Shown here: positions 49,701 to 61,997 of the stretch, piece by piece
Layout of the letters: every line of letters starts with the position of its first letter
Numbering within the stretch: the first letter of the stretch is position 1
From: Amphiscolops sp. MND2022
Taxonomy: Eukaryota
NCBI GenBank assembly: GCA_964187785.1
Contig: OZ076412.1
Coordinates: forward strand, 27,094,001-27,158,000
DNA: 64,000 nucleotides
Reading direction: 5' to 3'
Made by a program: the position numbers and the translations under genes
The notes under the pieces: generated by a model
Told to the model about the DNA's origin: nothing
Databases searched by the model: none
Seen by the model: only the letters and a program-made list of their open reading frames with translations

Positions 49701-52700
49701 CAACATCCGGATCAGTTCTGAAATGTCCCTTAGTGCGCGCAGTGTACTCATTTTTCATCTAATCCGAATTGACGTCGATAAAAAAGATGGTATACTTGCA
49801 TGAATTTATACAGTCTCTCGAAAACTACCCATTCAAAAACTTTGCTCAGAACCGATAATGGATCGTTGACAAGGTAGGTCAGTCTATCACAAATTGCATC
49901 AAGACTAACCTCTAGAGTTTCAGCAGTTAGCACATCTAATCCGGCTGCTTTTAGGTTTTTAAGATTCCGTTCAATTTTGAGATTTCCAGGGAATCAGTTG
50001 GATAGAAAAAGAGAGACTTCTCATTATTAGCTAATCGTTCAGTAGTGATTGGATGAGTGGGAATTGAAGCGGCTAAAGTTTTGCTTATTGAAACGAAATC
50101 ATCTGTGTTATGAAAATATTGTTCTTCTTCCTACCAGTTAGTCGAATCAATTCATTGAAAAAGCGTTTTGGCGAAATCAAGAACCGGGTAAGTCAACCAT
50201 GAAACATTCTCGTTTCTTCGTCCGCAGGAGTTCGCACACGTGAGTTCTCCTTTTCGTGTTCTTAGTTTTGTTAGACGGAGTGCAATATCGCTTGTATCTG
50301 TTAAACGCAGAATTTCGTCGGATTATGCTTTTCTTTACATCTTTGACAAACCAAGTTTTATTTGAATTTGCCAGCCTTACTTTGGCTTTGAAAGTGAAAA
50401 CATCGATCGTTGTTGTGAGTGCATCACCTATCGACGTCCTGTTATAACTTTGAAATTTCCAGACAATGCCCTAAGTAGTTTGGGTATTTCTCTTTATGAT
50501 ACCCATTTCGAAGGAATGGCCTTGTTGCGCTAGTTTGTTGAGAAGGAATGGATTGAGATTTTGTTAAATCAAATTGGACATAAGTTGCATAATGATCTGT
50601 AGTATTGGTTTTAATGACACCAAACACAAGATTGTTTAGGCAATCATTATGTTCTATGTGATCAAGAAGTGACTCACTCTCATAGCAACCTCAACAACGT
50701 TTTGATAGACATCCTCATCGGCTTCTTCTTTCACTCTGAATAATCTGACATTATATCGCCTTCTATACTGCTCGTTAGAATCAGCATTGAACAAGCTGGA
50801 AAGTTCACGAGTATTCGGGTCTTGCTCGAGGTCTTGAGACTGCTTCTGCCGAAGCTCTGAAAACTCAGTAGCTGCACAGACGCCACACAAAGAATGACGA
50901 TTCATGAATCCCTTGGGTAGTCAGGGAGGGATCCACGCCACACAACGCTTCCCGTTCTGCGCTTTTCCTATACTTTCAATCAGGTGTGATGAGCCCTCAT
51001 TTCCATCTTGACTGGATGATGCTGTTCTAGTAGAAGACATGTTTCTCTGAATCTATTCATTAGGTTTATCACAACAATTAGGCTGCTCGTGTTGTGGGGG
51101 CTTGACAAAAAGGGTGGGGTTTTTTGGGATCAATTTTTTGTGTGAGCAAAAAGCGAGATCGGAATTGGATCGAAAATTTTGAGGTCGAATTGTTCCGTTT
51201 TTGCTAAGTTTTTGCTCCAGCAAAATGTTTGAATGCGTTTAAAAAGTTTTAGGTACTTTTCACTACCTAATATGGAGTCATATACGTTGGATGCACGGTC
51301 GCCCTCAACGTCGCAAAGACCAGCTCTCACTAAAATTGCTTCGCGGTCTCCGTTCCCGCTAGGTCGTAGCTCCTGCTCAACCTCGTTTAGCAAGATGCGA
51401 AGATAAGCGGCCCCAAGGAGACGCGGGGCAGTACAAGAAATTGGGTCATCTCCGACGGCTCAAAACATATTCGATGAATTTTGACACGTCGAATAGTTAA
51501 CGTCGAATCATAAGGTCGAAGAACAACGTTGAATCTAGTCGAACATCCAATGTCGATTTATTGTCTAAATTATGTCGAATTTCAGTCGAATTTTTCATGT
51601 TTGTTTCATATAAAAATGGCTGATAATACCGCTACTAACTACACCAAGCAAACCTTTCCCCACCTAAAAAGAGGACATATACGGTGTATGCACGCTCGTC
51701 CTAACCGTAGCAAGGACCAGCTCCCACTACGATTGCTTCGCGATCTCCGTTACTGCTAGGTCTTAGCTCCTGTTCGACCTCGTTTTGCAAGATGGGAACA
51801 TAAGCGGCCCCAAGGAGATACATAAGGGCAATACAAGAAATTGGGTCTTCTCCGACGGCTCAAAACATATTCAATGAAATTTGACAGGTTGAATAGTTAA
51901 CGTCGGATCATAACGTCGAAGAACAACGTTGAATCTAGTCGAACATCCAATGTCGAAATATTGTCTAAATTATGTCGAATTTCAGTTGAATTTTTCCTGT
52001 TTGTTTCATATGAAAATGGCTGATAATACCGCTACTAACTACACCAAACAAGCCTTTCCCCACATAATATGAGGTCATATACGGTGTATTCACGCTCGCC
52101 CTAAACGTCGCAAAGACCAGCTCCCAATTATGATCACTTCGCGATCTCTGTTCCCGCTAAATCTTTGCTCCTGCTCCACCTCGCTTAGCAAGATGGGAAC
52201 ATAAGCGGCCCCAACGGGCCGCGGGGCACTAGAAGAAATGCGTGCATATCTGAGGGCCGAAAACATTGTTATTTGCGACGCAAATGTCTTTTTGGTGATG
52301 TACCACTTGAATCGACGCAATTACTTTAACAAAGTCTTTCGACAATGGGACTTCGACGCTTGGACGAAGTTTCAAATTCGACGGCAGGAATTCGACCTTA
52401 TTATGGTTCCCTGTCACAAAGTGTGGAAGGTGTCGACACGCTACAAGCTGCAGAGCCTCCTTGCAGTGTCTGTAACGGTCCCGTGAAGATAAATTTGAAA
52501 ACGTTGGTAACTGGAGGACTAATTTATAAAACAAAATACCGGGTCGCAAAGTACATGCTCGCCTATAAAACAGTATCACAATTGAGTTGCTCGTTATGGA
52601 ATACTGATGGCTTGAGAGCCTCCCTTCTTCGCCGATTGCGCTCATAGAGGACTGAGTAACCGTGTGTTCAAGAGATCAACATCCGGATCAGTTCTGAATT

Positions 52701-54540
52701 GTCCCTTAGTGCACGCAGTGTACTCATTTTTCATCTAATCCGAATTGACGTCAATAAAAAAGATTGTATACTTGCATGAATTTATACAGTCTCTCGAAAA
52801 CTACCCATTCAAAAACTTTGCTCAGAACCGATAATGATTCGTTGGCAAGGTAGGTCAGTCTACCACAAATTGCATCAAGACTAACCTCTAGAGTTTCAGC
52901 AGTTAGCACATCTAATCCGGCTGCTTTTAGGTTTTTAAGATTCCGTTCAATTTTGAGATTTCCAGGGAATCAGTTGGATAGAAAAAGAGAGACTTCTCAT
53001 TATTAGCTAATCGTTCAGTAGTGATTGGATGAGTGGGAATTGAAGCGGCTAAAATTTTGCCTATTGAAACGAAATCATCTTTGTTATGAAAATATTGTTC
53101 TTCTTCCTACCAGTTAGTCGAATCAATTCATTGAAAAAGCGTTTTGGCGAAATCAAGAACCGGGTAAGTCAACCATGAAACATTCTCGTTTCTTCGTCCG
53201 CAGGAGTTCGCAGACGTGAGTTCTCCTTTTCGTGTTCTTAGTTTTGTTAGACGAAGTGCAATATCGCTTGTATCTGTTAAACGCAGAATTTCGTCGGATT
53301 ATGCTTTTCTTTACATCTTTGACAAACCAAGTTTTATTTGAATTTGCCAGCCTTACTTTGTCTTTGAAAGTGAAAACATCGATGGTTGTTGTGAGTGCAT
53401 CACCTAGTCTTTAAGTTAACCTATCGACGTCCTGTTATAACTTTGAAATTTCCAGACAATGCCCTAAGTAGTTTGGGTATTTCTCTTTATGATACCCATT
53501 TCGAAGGAATGGCCTTGTTGCGCTAGTTTATTGAGAAGGAATGGATTGAGAATTTGTTAAATCAAATTGGACATAAGTTGCATAATGATCTGTAGTATTG
53601 GTTTTGATGATACCAAACACAAGATTGTTTAGGCAATCATTATGTACTGTGTGATCAAGAAGTGACTTTGAGGTAGGTGTAACACGCGAAGGTTCTTTTA
53701 TATTTTGATAACGCCCGCTCAATTTCAAAGAGTTTAAATACTTATTACCAATCGCATATGTTTCAAGTGGATCGATATTTTTGTCACCAACAAGAAAACA
53801 GTTGCTCATCTGACAACAAACTTCGAGAAGAACTTCGAAGTGCTCCAAAATGTATGGTTTGTAGATCGAGGGGGATTGTATAAACAAACTGCATTAATTT
53901 TTTCCTTTATTATATCGGTACAACTAATTGCAATGTAATTCAATTTAATTCACTTCAATGTTTCACTTGTGTTGGTGACTTAGCAGCAGTATTTTATGAT
54001 GTAGTTTATGTTTTGCTGCCTAAATAATTTATATTTAATAATTGTAATTATTTGTTTGTCAGTAATTATATGTACAAGTTCGATAACTGTTACCTTTGCA
54101 TAGGTGATCTACACTCAATGAACTGGAAAGCACTCAGTCGACAGAGACTGCTTGGCTATCAAAATTACAATGCCTACTACCTAACACAAGAAGTTTGATC
54201 GATACTGAGAGAGGAATGAAGGTAGCAACTGCGATTAGTATGAGTCCTTTCGTGGTACTATGTTTAACAGGAACATGGCTCGTTGAAATTGTGAAAGATG
54301 CTGAATTATACCTCGATAACTTCAATTTATTTCGTTGTGAGAGAGAGCCCACGAAAACCGTTGCGTCAAATCATGGCGGAGTACTAATTGCTATCAACAA
54401 ACACATTCCGGCTTCAAAACTGGAACATCAAACTTCCAATGTGTTGCGTGGCAGTACTTGTTCAATTAGAAACGCCAATTATCATATGCGCTCTTAATAA
54501 TGCTCCAAAAAAGAGTCCATACAGATACACAACTGCTGCT

Positions 54541-55187
54541 TTTTAGTCGGCGCATTTTAGTAGAAAATGTGCCCGACTATTACAGTGGGTAGTTTTTTTT
54601 TAGACACGAAAGTTCCACTTTTCTTTCTGTGTCATTTCTTTTTGTTCTTTGTTCAGTTCATTTCTTTAACAACTTGGCCAACCTAAGAAGCGCGTCCAAA
54701 ACGAAAAAGAAAACAAAACAAACAGAACCTCGACACGACACTAACGATCTCTCCTAAGCCTCCCCCCCTCACTTTTTTTCGGCACTATGCGACTTTTTTT
54801 GAAACTTTTTGGATTGCACCAAAGGGTCCCCCTTTATTTGTTTCGATATTTTAAAACACAATGGATGTCAGAAAATTCCGAAGGGTCCCCCTTTTACATT
54901 TTTCGGCACTGTGACACTGTTCAAAAATCACATTTTAAATTTTTTTGCGTAATTTTTTTCAGTCCTTAAAGGGTCCCCCCTTCAATTTTTTTCATATTTT
55001 GCAACCAGCTGGAGTTTCACAAAGCCCCAAGTGTCCCCCCGTTTACATTTTTTGACACTGTGACACTGTTCAATTCATTTTTTTCATATTTTGCTACCAG
55101 CTGGAGATTCACAAAACCCAAAGAGTCCCCCCTTTTACAATTTTGAGCCTTAGATATAGCGCCGACTTTGGCCGTTCTCGGCTTGTT
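54541..55187 (+). mobile_element. Helentron/DINE-1-like HINE inserted in the LINE endonuclease
   Basis: 5' T-run plus subTIR AGTCGGCGC (54545) forming a hairpin with a nearby inverted copy. Internal tandem GTCCCCC...CACTGTGACACTGTTC repeats. 3' subTIR GCGCCGACT (55159), GCCG-TTCT-CGGC stem-loop and T-run. Confidence 0.8.
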
Positions 55188-57950
55188 TTTTACATACTAT
55201 GCGGTGATATCAATTTTTTTCCAAACTATTTGTGACACAAATCAGAGCACAGATTCAGAAGAAAGGGATATGCTAAGTATATTGGAACAGCTTAACACCG
55301 AACACGTTGTACATGTTCCCACATGTGGTAGAAACACCCTAGACGTAGTCTATGCACATAATGACAGCGCAGGCACTTACGTGGACACTAGTGTTGAAAA
55401 CATTTATGACATCTCAAACCATAAGCCATTTGCCACGGAAATAAACTTGAATATGTCTATCAGAAAGCCAATATATGAATGCTACTACAGGTTTTGGATC
55501 AGCTGATTACGATGCTTTTCAAGAATATATGGAAAAACATTCATTTCGACCAGTGTATCATACCAACGTCAACAGGATGAATGTTGAATATAACGAGTAT
55601 TAGAGTAACAACTGCAACAGTATTAGAGATCAACTTATTCCGAGAAGAGCAAAACACCGACAAAGGTTACCAATTTGGTACTCCTCGAAGACCTCCAAAC
55701 TTTTGAAACGCCTCCCAACTCAGCGTGAGCAGTACAAAGCAAAACCGACATCATACAGAAAACGGAAGTTAATGGAGCTGGAAAATTCTTTACTAAAAGA
55801 AGCTGAACGTGAAAAATCAGAATACCAGCGAAAGGAATTTTTGAATTGAAATTTTATCTTTCGATTCAAACATTTCAAATCTATGAATAAAACTGCGACC
55901 ATTCCAGACAAACTAAGGTTTGGTGAGGAAACTGCCTCGAATGATCAGGAGAAGTGTGAGCTTTTCCATCGATACTTCCAATCGGTGTATTACCTTCACT
56001 TTTCTGCAAGGTTCAAAGTTTTGAATCCGAAACATCACCAAGAGCCTACAATCACAATTTTTTTCACAGCAAAGAAAAGTATCAGGTTGTTTCTTGAGAA
56101 TGAAGATATTACCAAATTTAAGGGACCTGAAGGGAAACCTCATGTATTTTTTCAAAAGTTGTCTGAAGCAATGAGTCACGCCCTACATCTAATAGTTCAA
56201 GCAATCAAGCGAACAAAGGCAATACCAGATTAGTGGAAAATTGGTGCTGTAACGCCAATTCACAAGAAAGAAGATAAACGTACTGTCGAAAACTACAGAC
56301 CAGTTACCCTTTTGAATTTTTTGAGCAAAGTGTTTGAAAGATGTGTGTATGAACCCCTGTATGAACATTTTATGAACCATGTCACAAATTCTCAGCATGG
56401 ATTTGTCAAAAAAATGTCAGTAATAACAAACATGTTGCGTTATCTCCATTATGTTCATGAGTCACTGGATAAAGACTCTAAAACTGCCACAAGAGGTTTC
56501 TACACAGTCTTCGCCAAAGTTTCGACAAAATGCCTCAATACGTATTTTTGAAAAAAACTGGAGAATCTCGGCGTCGGTGGTTGCTTCCTGAGATTAATGG
56601 AAAATTAATTGAAAGATTGTAAACACCTTGTCCGAATAGGGAACATCCGATCGTCAACCATGAACATAACAAGCGGTGTACCACAGGGATCCATCATCGG
56701 ACCTCTTCTGTTTTGCTTTTTCATAAACGAACTGCCAGAAATTTTTCGAAACTCCTACATTCTGCTGTTTGCCGACGACCTGCAATCCATCACCACAACT
56801 ACCGCCCATGTAAAAAATATACCTGGATCTCAAGCGCCTTGAAGAATGGAACTAGGACAAGGGAATGAACTTTGCCTTAGACAAGAACGGTTTTCTACAG
56901 TTCCGTTATGATAACTCAACGTTTGTCTTGAACCATAAATTTTTTGAACCAGGAGAAGTAATGAGGGACCTCGGGTGTTTATGTCAGAAATGATCTAACC
57001 TGGAGTACTCACATAGAAGAAAAACTGAGTAAGGCCGTACGGCTACTTCTGTAACGTCAAGCTAACAGCAACCAGTGTCTTATAACAACCTAAACATCAG
57101 TTTTTGGTCCCAAAAGGTCTCAGTAGGGACTTTTCTAAGACGTCGTTGAGACTCCTCATTTTAGAGCTCCGTGGCGACGTGCCGGCACACTCAAAGTCTG
57201 GACACGTCCCACAAGCACGTAAAAACGTATCCAAAGGGGTCCTGCTGTCCTACATACCTCCGAGGTCTGAAAACAGGGGTTTAGTTATAGCACATTTCAA
57301 TTAGTTGAATAACGTCTAAAATCAACACCTTTCAGGTTTACCGTTAACAAAAACCTCAAAATCTGCCAAAATACTACAAAATAGCGCTGAGGAGGCATTC
57401 TGAACAGTTCTCAGCAAGTTTTGAACTTTGGCTTCGACTCACACAAAAATCGCACCTTCTTCTTTATCTCTTTTCTGGCTCATTCTTGCGATTTTCTGGT
57501 TTTGATGGCACAACACTGGGGTATGGGCTCTTTTCTGTTTCTGGATATCTTCTTTCACTGCTTTTCGGCCTTCTTCGTGGTCTGGGGGGGTCTTTTTTGC
57601 CTTGTATGTGCTTCCTTTTTGATTTCAACGACCTGCTAGGTCGGCCATATTGATTCGCACACTTTTTGGGTGTTCTTCGAATTTTTGAACTTTTTGACCT
57701 TGACTGGTGGACGTTACATCCATTATGTTAAGCGAAACACTTCACCGTTGACTCTTGCTCATCCAAAAGTATGTCTCTACAATTCCTTGATCCTAGCCAA
57801 TTTCAGTTATGCCTCCCGTGCATTGGGGCACGGTTATAAATTCGAACGCATAAGTTCGAATTTTAATTTCTAATGGACTAAGTTCGAATTTTCCGAAAAC
57901 CGGAACAAGTTCGAATCACTGTGTTCGATTTTTGAACTAGGTATAAAATG

Positions 57951-58857
57951 GGTAAGTGGTCACTTGGCTTGATGCCATTTGGCTTAAAGTCATTTGGCTT
58001 AATACAATTGGTCACTTGGCTTAATTTTTTTAAGCCAAGTGTCTCGGGTTTTGGTCAGTTGGCTTAAAGTCATTTGACTTAAAACCACTTAGTTGAAAAC
58101 GGGTGGGCGGAAGTAGGTCGGAGGAACGGGATCAAAAATCAGAGTTAGTCCTCAGGTCGACATACCAAATTTTTGAATGGGATTGAAACAATTCGGATCG
58201 AAATTTTTATAACGTAGTCAGATATGTCCACATACCCCTAGTGCCCTGAGTGCAGGAGCGAAGCGAAGCGGAGCGACGTGCCATATGACCATGCCTCAAT
58301 GTTGCTACTTGGCGAAGGGAGCGAAGCGACCGAGCCATACAACAATTACAATAAAATTCGACCGCATTCCATTCGATCCCTGCAATTCGATCAAAAGGTT
58401 CGACCTCTGTCCTTTCGACCAGAAAAATTCGACCAATTTACAGCCACCCGTTGAAATTACGTGGCAGAGTTTGTCGAATTCATCTTTATAACGTAGTTAG
58501 CGTAATATTATAACTTGTCATATCAAGTACCCCTCGGATATGTCCCCTTTTCCTCTAGTGCCCTGCGGCCCCTGGGGCCGCTTAAATTCCCATCTTGCTA
58601 AGCGAGGTCAAACAGGAGCAAAGACGTAGCGGGAACGAAGATCGCAAAGCGATCGTAGTGGGAGCTGGTCTTTGCAACGGTGAGGGCGAGCGTGCATAAA
58701 CCGCATATGCCCCACATTATGATATTTCCGGGAGCTGACATATTTATTCCTTGAGTTGGAATGGAGTTGGCCTAATTTTGTGGTCACTTGGCTAAAAATT
58801 TTCAAGCCAAATGACTCGACAAAAAAATTAAGCCATATGGTATTAAGCCAAGTGACC
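57951..58857. mobile_element. TGGCTTAA-arm MITE nested in the outer MITE
   Basis: TIR arms GGTCACTTGGCTT.../...AAGCCAAGTGACC. Flanks ataaaatg/ataaaacg (7/8 TSD). Same family as 61276 and 63331. Confidence 0.75.
58101..58449. mobile_element. Third-level nested MITE with a variant core containing GCGAAGC repeats
   Basis: Absent from the sister copy at 63331-63887. GGGTGG/CCACCC ends. 9-bp TSD gttgaaaac/gttgaaatt (7/9). Confidence 0.65.
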
Positions 58858-59559
58858 ATAAAACGTACCTCTGATATTTCCCCATTTCATCTAGTGCCCC
58901 GCGGCCCCTTGGGCCCGCTTATGTTCCCATCTGGCTAAGCGAGGGCGAACAGGAGCAAAGACCTAGCGGGAACGGAGATCGCGAAGTGATCGTAGTGGGA
59001 GCTGGTCTTTGCGACGATGAGCGCGAGCGTGCATACACCGGATACGCCCCACATTTCAGTTTTTAGATTCCTTTAGATCCTAAGCGGTGGAGCTCTCAGG
59101 ATCTTGTGTGAAGGATGTCCAGTTTACACCGGATATGCCCGATATGAAACTTCGGACTTGGTGTCTCGAAACTATTCTTTTCGAACTTATTGCACCAGTT
59201 CAAATTCGAACTTAGTAAAGCGAACTTATTGCCCGAAGCCCCAAAAACGTGTACTGAAATGGGTACTAAACAACTGCTTCAAGTTATCTCACTCTTCTAG
59301 CAAAAACAAAGATGCTTCCTCTATCACTTTTTTCCAAATATTGGATTCACTATCGACTGCCCACAATGTCGAAACAGCTGGATACATTGGAAATTATAGG
59401 AAGAAAATTATAGCCGCGCTGGGAATTCACAACAACAGTATAAACTCTACTTCTAGACCTCATTTTTCTTTGTTCGCCTTTCGTTCCAGAAAAGCAAATG
59501 TGGGGTCAGTACTTTTATCGGATTCTACAAGTTGATTGTTAAATTGAAATGAAGCTTTC

Positions 59560-61275
59560 AAGGAAACGTTCATTTTTATAACCAAATGACAAAGCTCAAG
59601 ACTTGAGTACAAAAACAAAGGTGCACTACAATAACGAAACATACAGTTTACATGTCAATGAATTAAATGGCACTAGGGACTAGGGTCAAAGTCAGTGACA
59701 ATCTAGAAAATCGCATATGTCAAGAATGGATCCACAATCATTCTTTCGTGCAAAGGATGCACCATCTTCAATTCCCAAGCATCTCCATTTTGTTCTTGTA
59801 GCACGGAGACAAACGCTTGTCGCCCTGAGTGTCGCGAATGAGATCCTAGCTCGTATCCAAGACATAACTTGAGAGTATTTTCGCTCCCATTTTAAGCTGA
59901 CTCCTTCGCCCAGACGTTTCAGAAACTGATTGAATTCCGCACCGAGTACACCATCTACTGATATGACAAGTGGTGTAAAGGATATATGACGTTCTTGACA
60001 GGCATCTTTGTATTTCTGTTTCTTCTCTTGTTCTGCACTTCTCAGTATTGATTCTGTGCTTCTTCCCGAATAAGATTCAGCGTCAGTGTCGGTGACACGT
60101 ACATCTAACGCCGCTGACTCTTGTGGGTTCCACATTCCTCTTATCAGAAGATCTGCATACAGAGCAGTTGTTTGGTTATTTGGAACACCTTCGCGTATCA
60201 TCGGTTCCCTTCTGATGTCCTTCCAGTAGAGTGAAGCTAGATCACCAACAGCATCCCGAATTTTATTATGGCGTAATGTGATAAGGCCCCCTTTTTGCAT
60301 GCCAGCACATGCTGAATTGAGAATTCGCCTCCGCAGCCGTCGCAAATTCCTGGAAGCTTACTTATTGGCTTCGAATAACGCAAGCAGACTGCGTCACGAA
60401 ATTCTTGCGCTGAGAGTGAAAAGTGGTCTTTTGACGAAATTCTAGCTGTTAACCAGGCAGAGTTTTTATTCTCGGCTGACCTTTTCACAGCCTTCACTTT
60501 TCTTTCGCTGCTTGTTTCGAGTATTTGATTCAAGATGCTGGTGTTTCTGACTTTAACTGTCTCACTATGCAGTTTTCTGGCCTCCCTGACAGTGAAGCCA
60601 TGTTCCAGTTTATTAAACGTGCAATTTCCCCGAATCGCTTTCTGAATGTGGGATGTTGCTAGTTTCGATGTTCCCAAGGGAAATGGGGCTTCTATTATTG
60701 GGTTGTTTATGCCAAGACCAGCGTTGCGGACTGGGAGCGAAAATAAATTATGTTCATCTACTGATATATCACAATTGAGAAGTTTTGGTATGAAGTTTTG
60801 TGTTATCGACTCTTCCACTTTCCATAGCCAATCTTGACAGTCAGGAAAAACTCTAGATAAGAATCCCCTTTCATTCTGCAGACATCTTGTGAACGCGCTC
60901 AAAGATTCGTGTGGGTAACTTTCAGCTGCTTTTGCTACTTTCTGAACACTCTGTGACCATTCATCAGCTTTAGCTCTTAGGTAGTCAGATTTTTGTTCTT
61001 TTGATCATATAAGTAAGCCGAGGTAGCGGTGGTCCGAAACTACATTCACTCCTAGAGGCTCAAATACGGTTTTTTGCTTGAGAGATATAACCTTTGTCCT
61101 TAATCAGATAACTTTTCGTGGGTTCAGGAAAATAGCCAAAAGCAGGTCCTTCTTTTTGCAGTATTTCTAGCCATTTTCCCAATGATGTTAGTTTTCCAAG
61201 GGATGATGCGTCGTCGGCATACCATTCCTACACATATTCGGTCGTGTTTTTCAGTTTCTGAACAAGGCATTATTG
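59560..61275 (-). mobile_element. CRE-clade non-LTR retrotransposon, 3' part (RT plus restriction-like endonuclease); left boundary approximate
   Basis: WYADD (61210-61224), LPVRNAGLGI, CDGC...HVLAC knuckle, RHNKIRD, ADLLIRG...LDVRV (PD-(D/E)xK-like RLE). One frameshift near 60270. Cut at 61276 by a MITE. Confidence 0.82.
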
Positions 61276-61934
61276 GGTAAATGGTCACTTGGCTTAATGC
61301 CATTTGGCTTAAAGTCATTTGGTTTAATACAATTGGTCACTTGGCCTAATTTTTTAAAGCTAAGTGTCTCGGGTATTGGTCACTTGGCTTAAAGTCATTT
61401 GACTTAAAACAACTTAGTTGAAAACACGTAGCAGACTTTGTCGAATTTATCTTTATAACGTAGTTAGCGTATTATTATAACATGTCATATCAAGGGGTGA
61501 ACGGAAATGGGTCGAAAGAAATGGGTCGAATCGGCATCCTGTGCCATGGGTCGAATCTTCACCGTTTCGGAATTGGGTCGAATGGACTTGGGTCGACCTT
61601 GAAAAATGCCAAGTTCAAGGGAGACAACATATTGATTTCGACCCAAGTCCATTCGACCCAATTCGACCTCAGTCAATTCGACCTAAGTTATTCGACCAAA
61701 AGGGTCGACCTAATTCTTTTCGACCTATTTCATTCGACCCATTTCATGCAATCCATATCAAGTACCCCTCGGATATGTCCCCATTTCCTCTAGTGGCCTG
61801 CGGCCCCTTGGGGCCGCTTGTCTTCCCATCTTGTTAAGCGAGGTCGATCAGGAGCAAAGACCTAGCGGGAACGAAGATCGCGAAGCGATCGTAGTGGGAG
61901 CTGGTCTTGGCGACGGTGAGGGCGAGCGTGCATA
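61276..61934. mobile_element. TGGCTTAA-arm MITE, truncated by the LINE insertion
   Basis: Left arm and core match 63331-63720. The sequence breaks at the (TGT)n LINE tail. Confidence 0.8.
61495..61754. mobile_element. 260-bp foldback MITE with GGGTCGAA/TTCGACCC arms
   Basis: Perfect 8-bp TSD ATATCAAG (61487-61494 and 61755-61762), present once in the empty site at about 63541. TIR GG...GAAATGGGTCGAA. Confidence 0.88.
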
Positions 61935-61997
61935 TGTTGTTGTTGTTGTTGATGTGGATTTACAGCTTTCGCTGATGGGATTGCTCCCAAATTCTTT

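Larger units (their letters stand above)
40340..53950 (-). repeat. Tandem array of 4 composite units (spacings 2839, 2930 and 2976 bp)
   Basis: Near-identical ORF-track entries recur: MNLVEHP at 42784, 45623, 48553, 51529 and MSAIGEEG at 43484, 46323, 49253, 52229. Each unit is LINE pieces, a 3-core composite MITE and a ~280-bp unassigned segment. Confidence 0.95.
57825..59242. mobile_element. Outer MITE with TTCGAA(C) arms around the shared core (core at about 58875-59050)
   Basis: GGGGC...ATAA.TTCG ends as imperfect inverted repeats, AGTTCGAA repeats in both arms. No TSD found; the flanking LINE sequence appears deleted. Confidence 0.55.
54100..59530 (+). mobile_element. Degenerate CR1/L2-like LINE ORF2, split by HINE and MITE insertions
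   Basis: APE (LCLTGTWL...HGGVLIAI; CGDIN), RT (NYRPVTLL, QHGF, SGVPQGSIIGPLLF, LFADDL), and later pieces SLILANFSYASRA (about 57790) and QKRVLKW (about 59243). Confidence 0.85.

Noticed and set aside
42385-52500. Regular ~400-bp repeat and spacer pattern that could suggest a CRISPR array
   Set aside because: Repeats are about 190 bp, spacers are homologous to each other, there are no cas genes and the context is eukaryotic.
41237-52647. Recurrent 60-140-aa ORFs (MNLVEHP, MSAIGEEG, MRAYLRA, MGLRRLD, MLNEVEQ) as a multicopy gene family
   Set aside because: They recur only because the DNA is repeated. They straddle MITE arms and cores on both strands and show no domain signature.
57400-57700. 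Lys/Arg-rich minus-strand frame ending in CDFC, possibly a gag or zinc-finger fragment
   Set aside because: It is low-complexity, has stops and lacks a full knuckle motif.
58895-59040. HDV-like ribozyme fold in the MITE core (A-B-A'-B' stem order)
   Set aside because: Only 4 nt lie where P3/L3 (about 14 nt) is needed, and no properly placed catalytic C in J4/2 is present on either strand. No hammerhead CUGANGA/GAAA core was seen either.
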